Source: Buttiauxella massiliensis
GTDB lineage: Bacteria; Pseudomonadota; Gammaproteobacteria; Enterobacterales; Enterobacteriaceae
Assembly (NCBI RefSeq): GCF_902500225.1
Contig: NZ_LR722653.1
Location: 151,909 to 191,908 of the forward strand
DNA: 40,000 bases
Direction of reading: 5' to 3'
Shown here: one piece after another, positions 1 through 8,793 of the stretch
Layout: each line of letters starts with the position of its first letter
How positions within the stretch are numbered: the stretch's first letter is position 1
The notes under the pieces: generated by a model
Told to the model about the DNA's origin: nothing
The model's database searches: none
The model's input: only the letters and a program-made list of their open reading frames with translations
Position numbers and translations under genes: made by a program

Positions 1-38
1 TATGTTGCAGTGATTATTGAAATCTTGGCACAGTCCAT
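1..38 (-). CDS. 5' end of a further glycosyltransferase (GT2-like), truncated by the window edge
   Basis: The minus strand reads ATG(38..36) GAC TGT GCC AAG ATT TCA ATA ATC ACT GCA ACA = MDCAKISIITAT. The ISIITAT(YN) start is typical of GT2 N-termini. It begins 27 nt downstream of the preceding stop. Only 12 codons are visible. Confidence 0.35.
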   Translation of the reverse strand, partial: MDCAKISIITAT

Positions 39-65
39 TGATGACCTTCCATTAATAAATTTGAA

Positions 66-833
66 TTAACCACACCAAACCCCTTTAAAAAGTAGAACCA
101 AACCTTTAAAATAACCTTCGGGAATTTTAAATAATTTTGAGCGTCTGATGAAAAAAATCAACGCAAAAAAATAAGCCTTATTCCCGAAGATTCTTTTAAG
201 GGTCACTCCTCGTGCAATTACGCTATTAGCTGTAGAGATAACCCCAGTGGATTCTAGTGGATGACTGGCGATAGTATGCGGTGTATAAGTTATTCCACCT
301 CGAGCCAGAAGAACTTTAGAAAGGAAAACCGCTTCATCCCCAATAGGTAAACAGGTGCCGGCTCCCATATCCTCAGGGAACAATGGGACATTTTTATTTT
401 TCATAGAAATCTCTATAGTCCCTACTGATAATATATTAAATCTATTTTTATTAGTGACAACTTTAGGATACTTCTTCCTTAATACGCCATGCTCATCAGT
501 AATATTAAACAAAACAACACTACCACCATACTCTTTATGCTTACCCACTATCAAATTATAAATATCAGGATTAAGAGTAATATCATCATCACAAAAGTAG
601 ATGAGGTCTCCCTGAGACATTTTTATTAAAACATTTCGACTTCTAGTAACGCCGACTTCATGAGACCTAATGTAGGTAACATCATTTCTTTTTATAAAAG
701 CAATATCACTATTTAATTCTATATCACCCTGATGACATATATAGTAATGCACATATTTTCTATAAGGAAGCAATATGTTATCGATATTATAAATACGCTC
801 CCCAAAAGTAGAAATGAGAATATCAAGTTTCAT
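66..833 (-). CDS. O-antigen glycosyltransferase (GT2-like, DxD motif)
   Basis: 255-aa ORF. The N-terminal MKLDILISTFGER and a CDDDI (DxD) motif fit a GT-A fold. It is AT-rich and overlaps the wzy stop by 4 nt, suggesting translational coupling. Confidence 0.7.
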   Translation of the reverse strand: MKLDILISTFGERIYNIDNILLPYRKYVHYYICHQGDIELNSDIAFIKRNDVTYIRSHEVGVTRSRNVLIKMSQGDLIYFCDDDITLNPDIYNLIVGKHKEYGGSVVLFNITDEHGVLRKKYPKVVTNKNRFNILSVGTIEISMKNKNVPLFPEDMGAGTCLPIGDEAVFLSKVLLARGGITYTPHTIASHPLESTGVISTANSVIARGVTLKRIFGNKAYFFALIFFIRRSKLFKIPEGYFKGLVLLFKGVWCG

Positions 834-1975
834 TTATGTCTCGCATACAAAATTGAAAGAATTGTTAACCTTGTTAGCAATAGAGTCATTATTGCAAGCG
901 GTCCAAAAGCATAACCACTGAACAATGAAAGAACGAATAAAAACGACAAGCTTAGGAATATATTTTTTAATGTGATCTTCAAAAAAGAAATAAAAACGAT
1001 TATATACAGAATGAATCCCATGAGTCCCGTCGAAATAAAAACATTACTAATAAGGTTATTGGCTTGGGTTATATCAGGAATATTAAAATTACTAAAATAA
1101 TAATTCTGAACCCAAGCTGTAATATTTCCAAAACCCTCACCACTTACGAGTAAATAATAGTGTGAATTATTTATCGCATCAACAATATAATATTTCCATA
1201 AAATCATAGAGTTAAACCTTAATAATGCACTACTTGCAGTCGTTGCGCCTTGAAATAAAAAGAATACAGAATCTATTTTACTAACAATCCAAAAATCACT
1301 ACCCGAAAGAAAGAAAACCCAAATAACAATAAGAAGCAAAAGAGAAATTAAACAATATAAAACCGCCTTAAAAATATTTCTCGAATAGAAGTAACTCAAA
1401 AAATAGCCCAATCCAAAAAGCATGAACCCGGACAGTGACCATGTTAAAAGTAATCCAATTGCCAAAACCACCACAACCTTCATTTTACTCTTTGAGATAA
1501 TGGCCATAAGAAGAGAAAGTGACAAAATAATGGCATAGTGCGATGGTTCAGCAAACAAAAAAGTCAATCGCATCAAGCCAAGGACTTCATTACTTCTATA
1601 CTCCCAGAGAGAAATTCCAAAAGTTCGTAATATTGATATAACTATTGAAAATGGAACAGAATAAGCAATTATATTAATAATTGTATTTCGAGACTGGATC
1701 AGTGATTCATTACTTATGAGGACATACAAAGAAACTGTTAAAAGGGCCAAGACCAAAGCAGGGATTTCAAGCACACCGGAATAAGCATATGCAATAATTG
1801 TTATAAGCGTAAAAAGACAGAAAATAATGACTGTCAGTATGACCTTACGTAATTCAACCCCTCTATAAAAAACGTTAAAAATAAAAAAAGGAAGAGCGAA
1901 AAAAGATCCCCATCCGCTTACACACGAAAATAACACACCTAATAATAGTGCTTTATCACCTGAATTACCCTTCAC
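830..1975 (-). CDS. wzy: O-antigen polymerase Wzy (polytopic membrane protein)
   Basis: 381 aa, extremely hydrophobic with about 10 or more predicted TM segments and a large loop region. It sits among GTs in a Wzx/Wzy-type locus. The start codon is GTG (cac at 1973-1975). Called from topology and context, not from sequence identity. Confidence 0.65.
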   Translation of the reverse strand: MKGNSGDKALLLGVLFSCVSGWGSFFALPFFIFNVFYRGVELRKVILTVIIFCLFTLITIIAYAYSGVLEIPALVLALLTVSLYVLISNESLIQSRNTIINIIAYSVPFSIVISILRTFGISLWEYRSNEVLGLMRLTFLFAEPSHYAIILSLSLLMAIISKSKMKVVVVLAIGLLLTWSLSGFMLFGLGYFLSYFYSRNIFKAVLYCLISLLLLIVIWVFFLSGSDFWIVSKIDSVFFLFQGATTASSALLRFNSMILWKYYIVDAINNSHYYLLVSGEGFGNITAWVQNYYFSNFNIPDITQANNLISNVFISTGLMGFILYIIVFISFLKITLKNIFLSLSFLFVLSLFSGYAFGPLAIMTLLLTRLTILSILYARHK

Positions 1976-3155
1976 TTATCTCACATCCATTATCCAGTAT
2001 AAAAATTGGTTTTGGCAAAAAATCATTCATTAAGTTAACAGCTTGAGAAATATTCATAACATCTTCTGACATATACACATCTTGCATTTTACTGTAGCCA
2101 AATTTCGTTTTAATTTTAGGTATCAGGCTATCAAAGCGAAGCTTCCAAATTGAAACATAGTAACAAACAAACTTAAACCAAGAAAAACCCTCATAATTAC
2201 TGGTTCTAATTAACTGTACTAACTCCTGAAATCTTTCAGGGAAAAACACAAAACATCTTGCATATAAATATGTATAGTTTAAACAAAAATCATCTTTGCA
2301 ATGAAATTCATTTATTGAAGATGATGCACTTTGAGCCCAAATAGTTGGCCCGGACCAAAATTTTGGAATTAAACTATCCCATTTAGACGACGTATCTTTT
2401 GGGAGATGCGAGATTTCTTCAATATTACCTATATGTGTACGTTTGAGACCCATTCCAGCAGTGCTCTTAACAGAACTACCCGCAATAAACACAGGCCATT
2501 CAACACTAAAAAATGATTGCACAACCAGCCCCAAACTCACAGCATTTGCCATATCTGGACTAGGTCCCGGTAGATAGCATCCGGTACGGATTTTAACTTC
2601 ATCTAAACATTTACGTTGAACTAACCCATAATAGATCCTTGGCAACCCTCCTATTATTGTAGCCCCTAAACTCAGTACTTTATTTAACTCTTTCATAGCG
2701 TCACGTCGACGAAGTACTTCAGATATACTTTTTGAGTATCTAAGTTTGCTATTATTAAATGTAGAATTATATTTACTGATTAAATCAGGCCAAGTGTAAT
2801 CGGCTTTCATTGGTAATAATGCATCTATATTTTCATCAATCATTAAGGTGGATAAAAGCAAAATACAAGGTAAAACGCCATCATCATCACCAATAGCAGT
2901 TATAATTTGACCAGAACTATTGGTGATAGCCAATTCAAAATTATCAACTACAGATAGCCACTCAGACTCATAAAAATATTTTAGCCGATGGTCAGAAAGA
3001 TACTCCTCGATTGCAAGATAAGTGGCATTATCGTCGCTATTATCTTGTACAACAATTTCAAAATCCTGAGAATCCCAAGACAATATTGACGAAAGAACAT
3101 CCCTAAGGTATTCATGTCTATTTTTTGTTGGGATTAAGATACTTAAAGACGTCAT
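1965..3155 (-). CDS. Family 2 glycosyltransferase with a long C-terminal extension
   Basis: 396 aa. The N-terminus LSILIPTKNRHEYL...EIVVQDNSDD...GDDDG carries classic GT2 motifs. It overlaps the wzy start by 11 nt. Confidence 0.8.
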   Translation of the reverse strand: MTSLSILIPTKNRHEYLRDVLSSILSWDSQDFEIVVQDNSDDNATYLAIEEYLSDHRLKYFYESEWLSVVDNFELAITNSSGQIITAIGDDDGVLPCILLLSTLMIDENIDALLPMKADYTWPDLISKYNSTFNNSKLRYSKSISEVLRRRDAMKELNKVLSLGATIIGGLPRIYYGLVQRKCLDEVKIRTGCYLPGPSPDMANAVSLGLVVQSFFSVEWPVFIAGSSVKSTAGMGLKRTHIGNIEEISHLPKDTSSKWDSLIPKFWSGPTIWAQSASSSINEFHCKDDFCLNYTYLYARCFVFFPERFQELVQLIRTSNYEGFSWFKFVCYYVSIWKLRFDSLIPKIKTKFGYSKMQDVYMSEDVMNISQAVNLMNDFLPKPIFILDNGCEISEG

Positions 3156-3229
3156 TATTCATCCAATTTAAAATTCATTGAAACTCATACAGATAATAAA
3201 TTAAATATGAGTTTCAAATATTATCAAAA

Positions 3230-4243
3230 TTATTCCATACCTAGTTCTTTACGAACATATTTGAGAGTCAGCAATAGCTCCATCACTTGCTCAACATTTA
3301 AACGCTCAGTGTTATGAGATGTATAATCATCGAGTTCATTTAAATCAACCTGCCCAGTAGTAATGTATTTATCATAATTTAAATCACGATTATCCGCAGG
3401 TATTCTATAATAACGCCCCATATCTTCTGCTTTAACCATTTCCTCTCTGGAGACTAACGACTCATATAACTTTTCACCATGACGTGTCCCAATAATTTTG
3501 GCCTCAGTATCACTTTTACATAACTGCTTAATTGCTTCTGTGAGGTCGTTAATTGTGCATGCAGGAGCTTTCTGAACAAAAATGTCGCCCTGTTGTCCAT
3601 TTTCAAAAGCATGTAAAACCAGATCTACTGAGTCTTCTAAAGACATAAGGAAACGTGTCATATGTGGATCAGTAATGGTCAATGGTTTATTATTTTTTAT
3701 TTTTTCCAAAAATAAAGGAATAACTGATCCACGTGAAGCCATTACATTTCCATAGCGCGTGGCACACATAATCGTACCATTCGGTTTTTGACGTCGAGCT
3801 TTGGCAATAAGCACCTTTTCAGCCATAGCTTTGGATATACCCATTGCATTGATAGGATAAACAGCTTTGTCAGTACTTAGTAAAACAAGCCTTTTTACAT
3901 TTCGATCAATGGCAGCATTTAAAACATTTTCAGTACCGTAAACATTTGTCTTAACCGCCTCCATAGGATAAAACTCGCAGGATGGTACTTGTTTCAAAGC
4001 TGCAGCATGGAACACATAATCTACACCATCCATTGCACGATAAAGAGTTTCATAATCTCTTGTATCTCCGATTACAAATTTAAGCTTAGGATTAGCAAGA
4101 GCAATACGCATATCTTCTTGCTTCTTCTCATCTCGGCTAAATACTATAATCTCTTTTACATTTGTATTCAAAAAACGTTTCAGGACGGTATTACCAAATG
4201 AACCTGTTCCACCAGTAATCATTAACACTTTATCTTTAAACAT
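3230..4243 (-). CDS. fnlA: UDP-N-acetylglucosamine 4,6-dehydratase/5(3)-epimerase, FnlA/CapE/WbjB subfamily
   Basis: 337 aa. It has the Rossmann motif ITGGTGSFGN. STDKAVYPINAMGISKAM carries the MxxxK catalytic signature, with Met in place of the SDR Tyr, that distinguishes CapE/FnlA from PseB/PglF. It aligns end to end with my recollection of WbjB/Cap5E. Confidence 0.88.
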   Translation of the reverse strand: MFKDKVLMITGGTGSFGNTVLKRFLNTNVKEIIVFSRDEKKQEDMRIALANPKLKFVIGDTRDYETLYRAMDGVDYVFHAAALKQVPSCEFYPMEAVKTNVYGTENVLNAAIDRNVKRLVLLSTDKAVYPINAMGISKAMAEKVLIAKARRQKPNGTIMCATRYGNVMASRGSVIPLFLEKIKNNKPLTITDPHMTRFLMSLEDSVDLVLHAFENGQQGDIFVQKAPACTINDLTEAIKQLCKSDTEAKIIGTRHGEKLYESLVSREEMVKAEDMGRYYRIPADNRDLNYDKYITTGQVDLNELDDYTSHNTERLNVEQVMELLLTLKYVRKELGME

Positions 4244-4319
4244 AAAAAACCCTATAATCTCTATAGTACATTACTTATAATTAAGTATATTTAAATTATA
4301 AGTTACGTTATTTATCATT

Positions 4320-5684
4320 CTAAAAAAACAAATAATGACTTATAATCACCCCGCACCAATAAACAACAACTGCAGGAACGAAAGCAGGTATAATATACTT
4401 CAAGATATCTTTTATGCAAAACTGCACCTTTGATAAATAAAGACATCTAATCCCGCACAATACAATCACCAAACTGTAGTATACGCAAAAAACCCATGCA
4501 ATATAAGTGGAGTACCCAGTAACCCCCATAAAAAACACTGAAATAGCAAAAAGCAGTGATGATATTACTGAAAACTTAGCCTGAAACTTATAATCCTCCG
4601 CCACCGTCATCAGTACTGAGGGAATATAGCTTAATGCACCTATAACGAAAGCTGGTAATAACACCTTAGAAAACGTTAACACATCAGGTAATAGTGGATT
4701 ACGTCCAAGCCACAAACTTAAAACGTTTTCTAAAAACGGATACACAAATAAAACCGGGAGCACAACCATTATATAAATGGTCAAGCAAAATAGTAAGCTG
4801 TATTTTCGGTAATTTGCATCATTCTTAGTTATATTACTAACGATAAATGGTTGATAATACTGTTTTATTGGACCAGCGATAGCCAGAATTGGTGTGGTAC
4901 TAAATGTAAATGCGAGATAATATGCTGCTAAAAAACTAGCACCTTCGAATTTACTTAACACTATTTTGTCTAATTGCATAACTAGTGCTGCAGAAAATCC
5001 AAATAGTAGTAATGGGAAACCTTTTTTTACCAAAGGCAATACCCCAAAAAATATTTTTTTTATATCTAATGAAGATATTGGCCCAACCTTTAAATAGGTT
5101 GGTAAAAATACAAATATCATTGCAAATACAATTGACACAATAGTTTGTGACAAAATAAACACAAAAATATCATTTGAGATGTATTTTATAGCGACCAATG
5201 TCACAACACCTCTTAAAACGACAGAAAAGAACAGCAAACCACCACTGACTTTAAACTCTTTAAGCCCATTCAGATATGAAACTGATACATTCTGTATAAG
5301 AAGTGATAATATTAATAACAATGTTGACAGCATTGTCAATTCATCGAAATCACCCCAGCCATATACAAATGAAAGAGGAAAATAAATTACGTATGTACAA
5401 CTATAAAATATTATCAATAATAATATTGCACTTAAATATTGTTCATATCCTTTACGTTGACTGACTTCACTATCTGCTGCATCCCTACCAATTATGGTGG
5501 TAGTACCAAAATCAAGAGTTAGTGCCGCACTAACTAACGATAACAATAAGGCTACTTGTCCAAAGCTTTCGGGCCCCAAAACCTTGCTGTATATTGGCAT
5601 GAAAAAAAAGCCAACCATTAAGGCTCCCATTTTCCCAAAATACAGCATGCCTAAATCAAATATTTTTTTACTCATTAACGTCAC
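4320..5684 (-). CDS. wzx: O-antigen flippase Wzx (MOP/PST family)
   Basis: 454 aa with about 12 or more hydrophobic segments. The N-terminal region ...GKMGALMVGFFFMPIYSKVLGPESFG is typical of polysaccharide-biosynthesis (Wzx) proteins. The start is either GTG at 5684 or ATG at 5675. Confidence 0.8.
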   Translation of the reverse strand: MTLMSKKIFDLGMLYFGKMGALMVGFFFMPIYSKVLGPESFGQVALLLSLVSAALTLDFGTTTIIGRDAADSEVSQRKGYEQYLSAILLLIIFYSCTYVIYFPLSFVYGWGDFDELTMLSTLLLILSLLIQNVSVSYLNGLKEFKVSGGLLFFSVVLRGVVTLVAIKYISNDIFVFILSQTIVSIVFAMIFVFLPTYLKVGPISSLDIKKIFFGVLPLVKKGFPLLLFGFSAALVMQLDKIVLSKFEGASFLAAYYLAFTFSTTPILAIAGPIKQYYQPFIVSNITKNDANYRKYSLLFCLTIYIMVVLPVLFVYPFLENVLSLWLGRNPLLPDVLTFSKVLLPAFVIGALSYIPSVLMTVAEDYKFQAKFSVISSLLFAISVFFMGVTGYSTYIAWVFCVYYSLVIVLCGIRCLYLSKVQFCIKDILKYIIPAFVPAVVVYWCGVIISHYLFF

Positions 5685-5686
5685 AA

Positions 5687-6805
5687 CTATTTAATTTCAG
5701 TCATAATTAAAGTGATAATTTTCTCAATTTCTTTCATAGAAAGCCACCAACCGCAAGGTATTGCAACAAGACTAGTCTCAATTTTATCAATGCCGGGTAA
5801 TATTCTTTTAGAAGAATTAAAACAGCTGTAACGATCATTCCGCATGTGTAAGGAGGAAACACTCACACCATGCATTTTCATATTAGCTATAAATTCCTCT
5901 TTTCTATCTACATGAATAAAAAGAACCCATCCATTCACAATTGCTCCACTAATTGGTGAAACCACTGACCCACAACCCTTTTCAAAAGAATGGGATAAGC
6001 TATCTAGCATTCTTTTGAAATTTTCTATAGTTTGAATTGTACGCTGCTCAAAATTGCTTTTTAATTTATAATAAGCAATAGCAGCACTTATATTATTGAT
6101 ATTATATGAATAACCATAAGTTTCAACATCTTTGCTTTCATTAATCTCTCCATTGTTTTTTCTAAAACCCATAAAATCGACACCAAAACGCCTTCTTTTA
6201 CGAGCAACAACCGCATGTTCAAACGAAGAAAATGCTATACAGCCACCATCAATTGAACCTATTTGCCTATTAGGATAGAAGGAAAAAATAGCTGCATCCC
6301 CCCAACTTCCAAGCAAGGTATTATCAAGCCTACTACCGAATGCAGAATTACAGTCTTCGATTAAATACAAAGAATTTTTTGTACAGAAGTCTTTAATTTC
6401 TCTGACATCGGCGGGATAACCAGCGACATGATAAACAAGTATAGCTTTCGTTTTTGATGTCACTAGTTTAGCTATTTCATCAACTCTAACACTGAGTGTT
6501 GTCGGATCAAGGTCAGCCCATACAGGTATAATACCTTTAGTTGCTAAAGGAGACGTTGTTGCAAGGCAGCTAAATGGCGATACAATAACTTCATCCCCCT
6601 CCACTACACCTAATACATCAAGTACTATAGACAGACCGTTAGTCATATCATTAACTGATACAGCATGTTTTCCATTTAATAAATCTGAGATTGAATTCTC
6701 AAGCAACGAGACATACTCACCATTGGCTACCATTCCAGAATCGAAAATATCACAGGTTATTTTTTTTATTTCATCATCATAATCTACATTAAATAAGTTA
6801 ATCAT
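5687..6805 (-). CDS. DegT/DnrJ/EryC1-family paralog lacking the PLP Schiff-base lysine (K to R); function uncertain
   Basis: 372 aa, collinear with the adjacent aminotransferase. Shared motifs are IEDC..., FSF......DGG, GY.YN.NN and IPCGWW.S. It reads FSFYPNRQIGSIDGG where the neighbour reads FSFQAIKHMTTVDGG. SSGTAAL is also replaced by NDMTNGL, and DCAHALG by DCNSAFG. Confidence 0.8.
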   Translation of the reverse strand: MINLFNVDYDDEIKKITCDIFDSGMVANGEYVSLLENSISDLLNGKHAVSVNDMTNGLSIVLDVLGVVEGDEVIVSPFSCLATTSPLATKGIIPVWADLDPTTLSVRVDEIAKLVTSKTKAILVYHVAGYPADVREIKDFCTKNSLYLIEDCNSAFGSRLDNTLLGSWGDAAIFSFYPNRQIGSIDGGCIAFSSFEHAVVARKRRRFGVDFMGFRKNNGEINESKDVETYGYSYNINNISAAIAYYKLKSNFEQRTIQTIENFKRMLDSLSHSFEKGCGSVVSPISGAIVNGWVLFIHVDRKEEFIANMKMHGVSVSSLHMRNDRYSCFNSSKRILPGIDKIETSLVAIPCGWWLSMKEIEKIITLIMTEIK

Positions 6806-6808
6806 AAA

Positions 6809-7903
6809 TCAACCTTTCTTAATTTCGTCAACAATCGTTTCACGTATCGTTTCGCTAACCCACCATCCACATGGAATGTGCACTAGCCTTGAATAAAAGT
6901 AATCGAGATTATTCATATCAGCTGATTTAAATTTACTAAACATGGTATGATAGTGATTTGGTCGGTGTAATTTTGATGCCATTACATCAACAGATTTCAA
7001 CTTCTTAATAAGATTATCTGAATCATCACTAAGCAACGTATATAACCAATAACTAGGTTCACAAAGTGAGGATGACTGAACAACTTGGACGCCAGATACA
7101 TTTTCTAAATTTTCATCAAAGAATTGACCGTTATTTTTATGCTTATTAATATTATCAATAGCAAAATCAAGTTGTATATTCCCTATAGCACCAGTAAGAT
7201 TATTCATGTTGTATTTATATCCTAAACTGGAAACATCCATCAATGTTCTATCAATCCCTTTTTCCATCCCAAACCATCGGATTTTTTTCGCTTCACTTAA
7301 TAAAGAATGATTCTTAAATGAAAGAAATCCACCATCAACCGTAGTCATATGCTTTATAGCTTGGAATGAAAATATACCAAAATCACCAATAGTACCAACC
7401 GGTTGGTTATCATATTTTGCCCCAAGAGCATGGGCGCAATCTTCTATAACACTAATATCACTATTAATCGCTTTAATTTTTTCCATCAACTCTTTCATTT
7501 CGACCAAATAACCAGCATAGTGCACAACGACAATAGCTTTGGTTTTGGATGAAACCATTGAAATAATAGATTGAGGATCAAGACAACCAGTTATTGGATG
7601 AACATCCGCAAATACAGGAATACCTCCAGTTTGTACTATAGTGGTATTTGTTGGCTCTGCAGTCATACTAGTTGTTATTACTTCATCTCCCGCTTTTACT
7701 CCTGCAAGTATTAGCGCTGTATGAAGTGCAGCCGTACCGCTACTCATGGCGACTCCTGTAGGAACATCGAATATTTCACGAAATTTATTTTCGAACGTGT
7801 AAACATGCTCCCCTTCACCGATCATACCACTATAAAGAACATCTTCTATTTCTTTCATCAAAATATCTTTTGGCGGCATGAATACTTTTACGATTGGAGT
7901 CAT
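6809..7903 (-). CDS. DegT/DnrJ/EryC1-family PLP-dependent nucleotide-sugar aminotransferase
   Basis: All canonical motifs are present: MSSGTAALHTAL, IEDCAHALG, and FSFQAIKHMTTVDGG with the catalytic Lys. The ORF track starts at 7918. ATG at 7903 has the better SD (GAGAGG about 8 nt upstream) and sits 1 nt after the upstream TGA. Confidence 0.85.
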   Translation of the reverse strand: MTPIVKVFMPPKDILMKEIEDVLYSGMIGEGEHVYTFENKFREIFDVPTGVAMSSGTAALHTALILAGVKAGDEVITTSMTAEPTNTTIVQTGGIPVFADVHPITGCLDPQSIISMVSSKTKAIVVVHYAGYLVEMKELMEKIKAINSDISVIEDCAHALGAKYDNQPVGTIGDFGIFSFQAIKHMTTVDGGFLSFKNHSLLSEAKKIRWFGMEKGIDRTLMDVSSLGYKYNMNNLTGAIGNIQLDFAIDNINKHKNNGQFFDENLENVSGVQVVQSSSLCEPSYWLYTLLSDDSDNLIKKLKSVDVMASKLHRPNHYHTMFSKFKSADMNNLDYFYSRLVHIPCGWWVSETIRETIVDEIKKG

Positions 7904-7904
7904 T

Positions 7905-8705
7905 TCATATCCTCTCATTTAGTTTAAAGTCTACAGAATTATAATTTTCTTCTGTATTATCGTTTGCGAATATCTTGATCATTCTTATATTTTGATCTTT
8001 ACTTTTTATTTCCAAAAGCGCTCTTAAGCTATAAAAAAAAGACAGTTGGTCAATAGTTGTATTTATATAAAACCCATTAGGTGAAAGTTTGTCCATTACA
8101 CTACACATGTCATTTATTGCACATTCATAGTCAATAACATAAAACTCTTTTTCGCTGGCGCAATATACTATATAGCTATTATCCCATTCTAATCTTTCTT
8201 GATATATTGCAAATGGTGGTAGAGATTTATCATTTAATGTATAATGCTTGATTTCTATTTTTTTTTCAGCATTATTTATGATGATATTTTTTTTTCTAAT
8301 ATAGATGAGAACATTATGATCTATTAATTTATAACCATGTTTTTTGTACAGATGATGCTGCCCCGACCATAATATTGCTAACTGTATATTTTCACATTGC
8401 ATTAACTCATCAGCTTTATTCATGAGCAAACTGAAATATCCAAGACCGCGATAATCTTCATCTATACATACCAATCCTATAATTGCTGTTCGAATATTAT
8501 TTTTTATTTCTATCTTTAGTGTCATCCCACCAATAAGTTTAATTCCGCTATGTATTTCAATTGTATAAAAAAATGCATCTGCATTGAAAAACCAAGGGAA
8601 ATGTAGTTCAAATTTAATCCCTCGTTTTTTCTGGGTGAAAAATGTTTTCCAGCATAATTCTTTATATTCACTGGATAGTTGTTTACGTATCTCTATTCGA
8701 CTCAC
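7905..8705 (-). CDS. GNAT-family N-acyltransferase with an unassigned ~120-aa C-terminal domain
   Basis: 266 aa. The acetyl-CoA motif A, IGLVCIDEDYRGLGYFSLLMNKA (R-x-x-G-x-G), lies in the N-terminal half. It is the first gene after the JUMPstart. The only available start is GTG (cac at 8703-8705). Confidence 0.65.
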   Translation of the reverse strand: MSRIEIRKQLSSEYKELCWKTFFTQKKRGIKFELHFPWFFNADAFFYTIEIHSGIKLIGGMTLKIEIKNNIRTAIIGLVCIDEDYRGLGYFSLLMNKADELMQCENIQLAILWSGQHHLYKKHGYKLIDHNVLIYIRKKNIIINNAEKKIEIKHYTLNDKSLPPFAIYQERLEWDNSYIVYCASEKEFYVIDYECAINDMCSVMDKLSPNGFYINTTIDQLSFFYSLRALLEIKSKDQNIRMIKIFANDNTEENYNSVDFKLNERI

Positions 8706-8754
8706 GGCCCCTCCGATGAATGAAAAAAGTGTGCACAGGATTCTTTTAAATAGC

Positions 8755-8793
8755 CATGCTACCGCCCCAGGCTTAACAGCTACCAGTGGACTG
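8755..8793 (-). promoter_or_regulatory. JUMPstart element with ops site (RfaH recruitment) in the O-antigen operon leader
   Basis: The minus strand reads CAGTCCACTGGTAGCTGTTAAGCCTGGGGCGGTAGCATG. This closely matches the 39-bp JUMPstart consensus and contains ops GGCGGTAGnnTG (8766..8755). It lies about 50 nt upstream of the first O-antigen gene. Confidence 0.85.
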
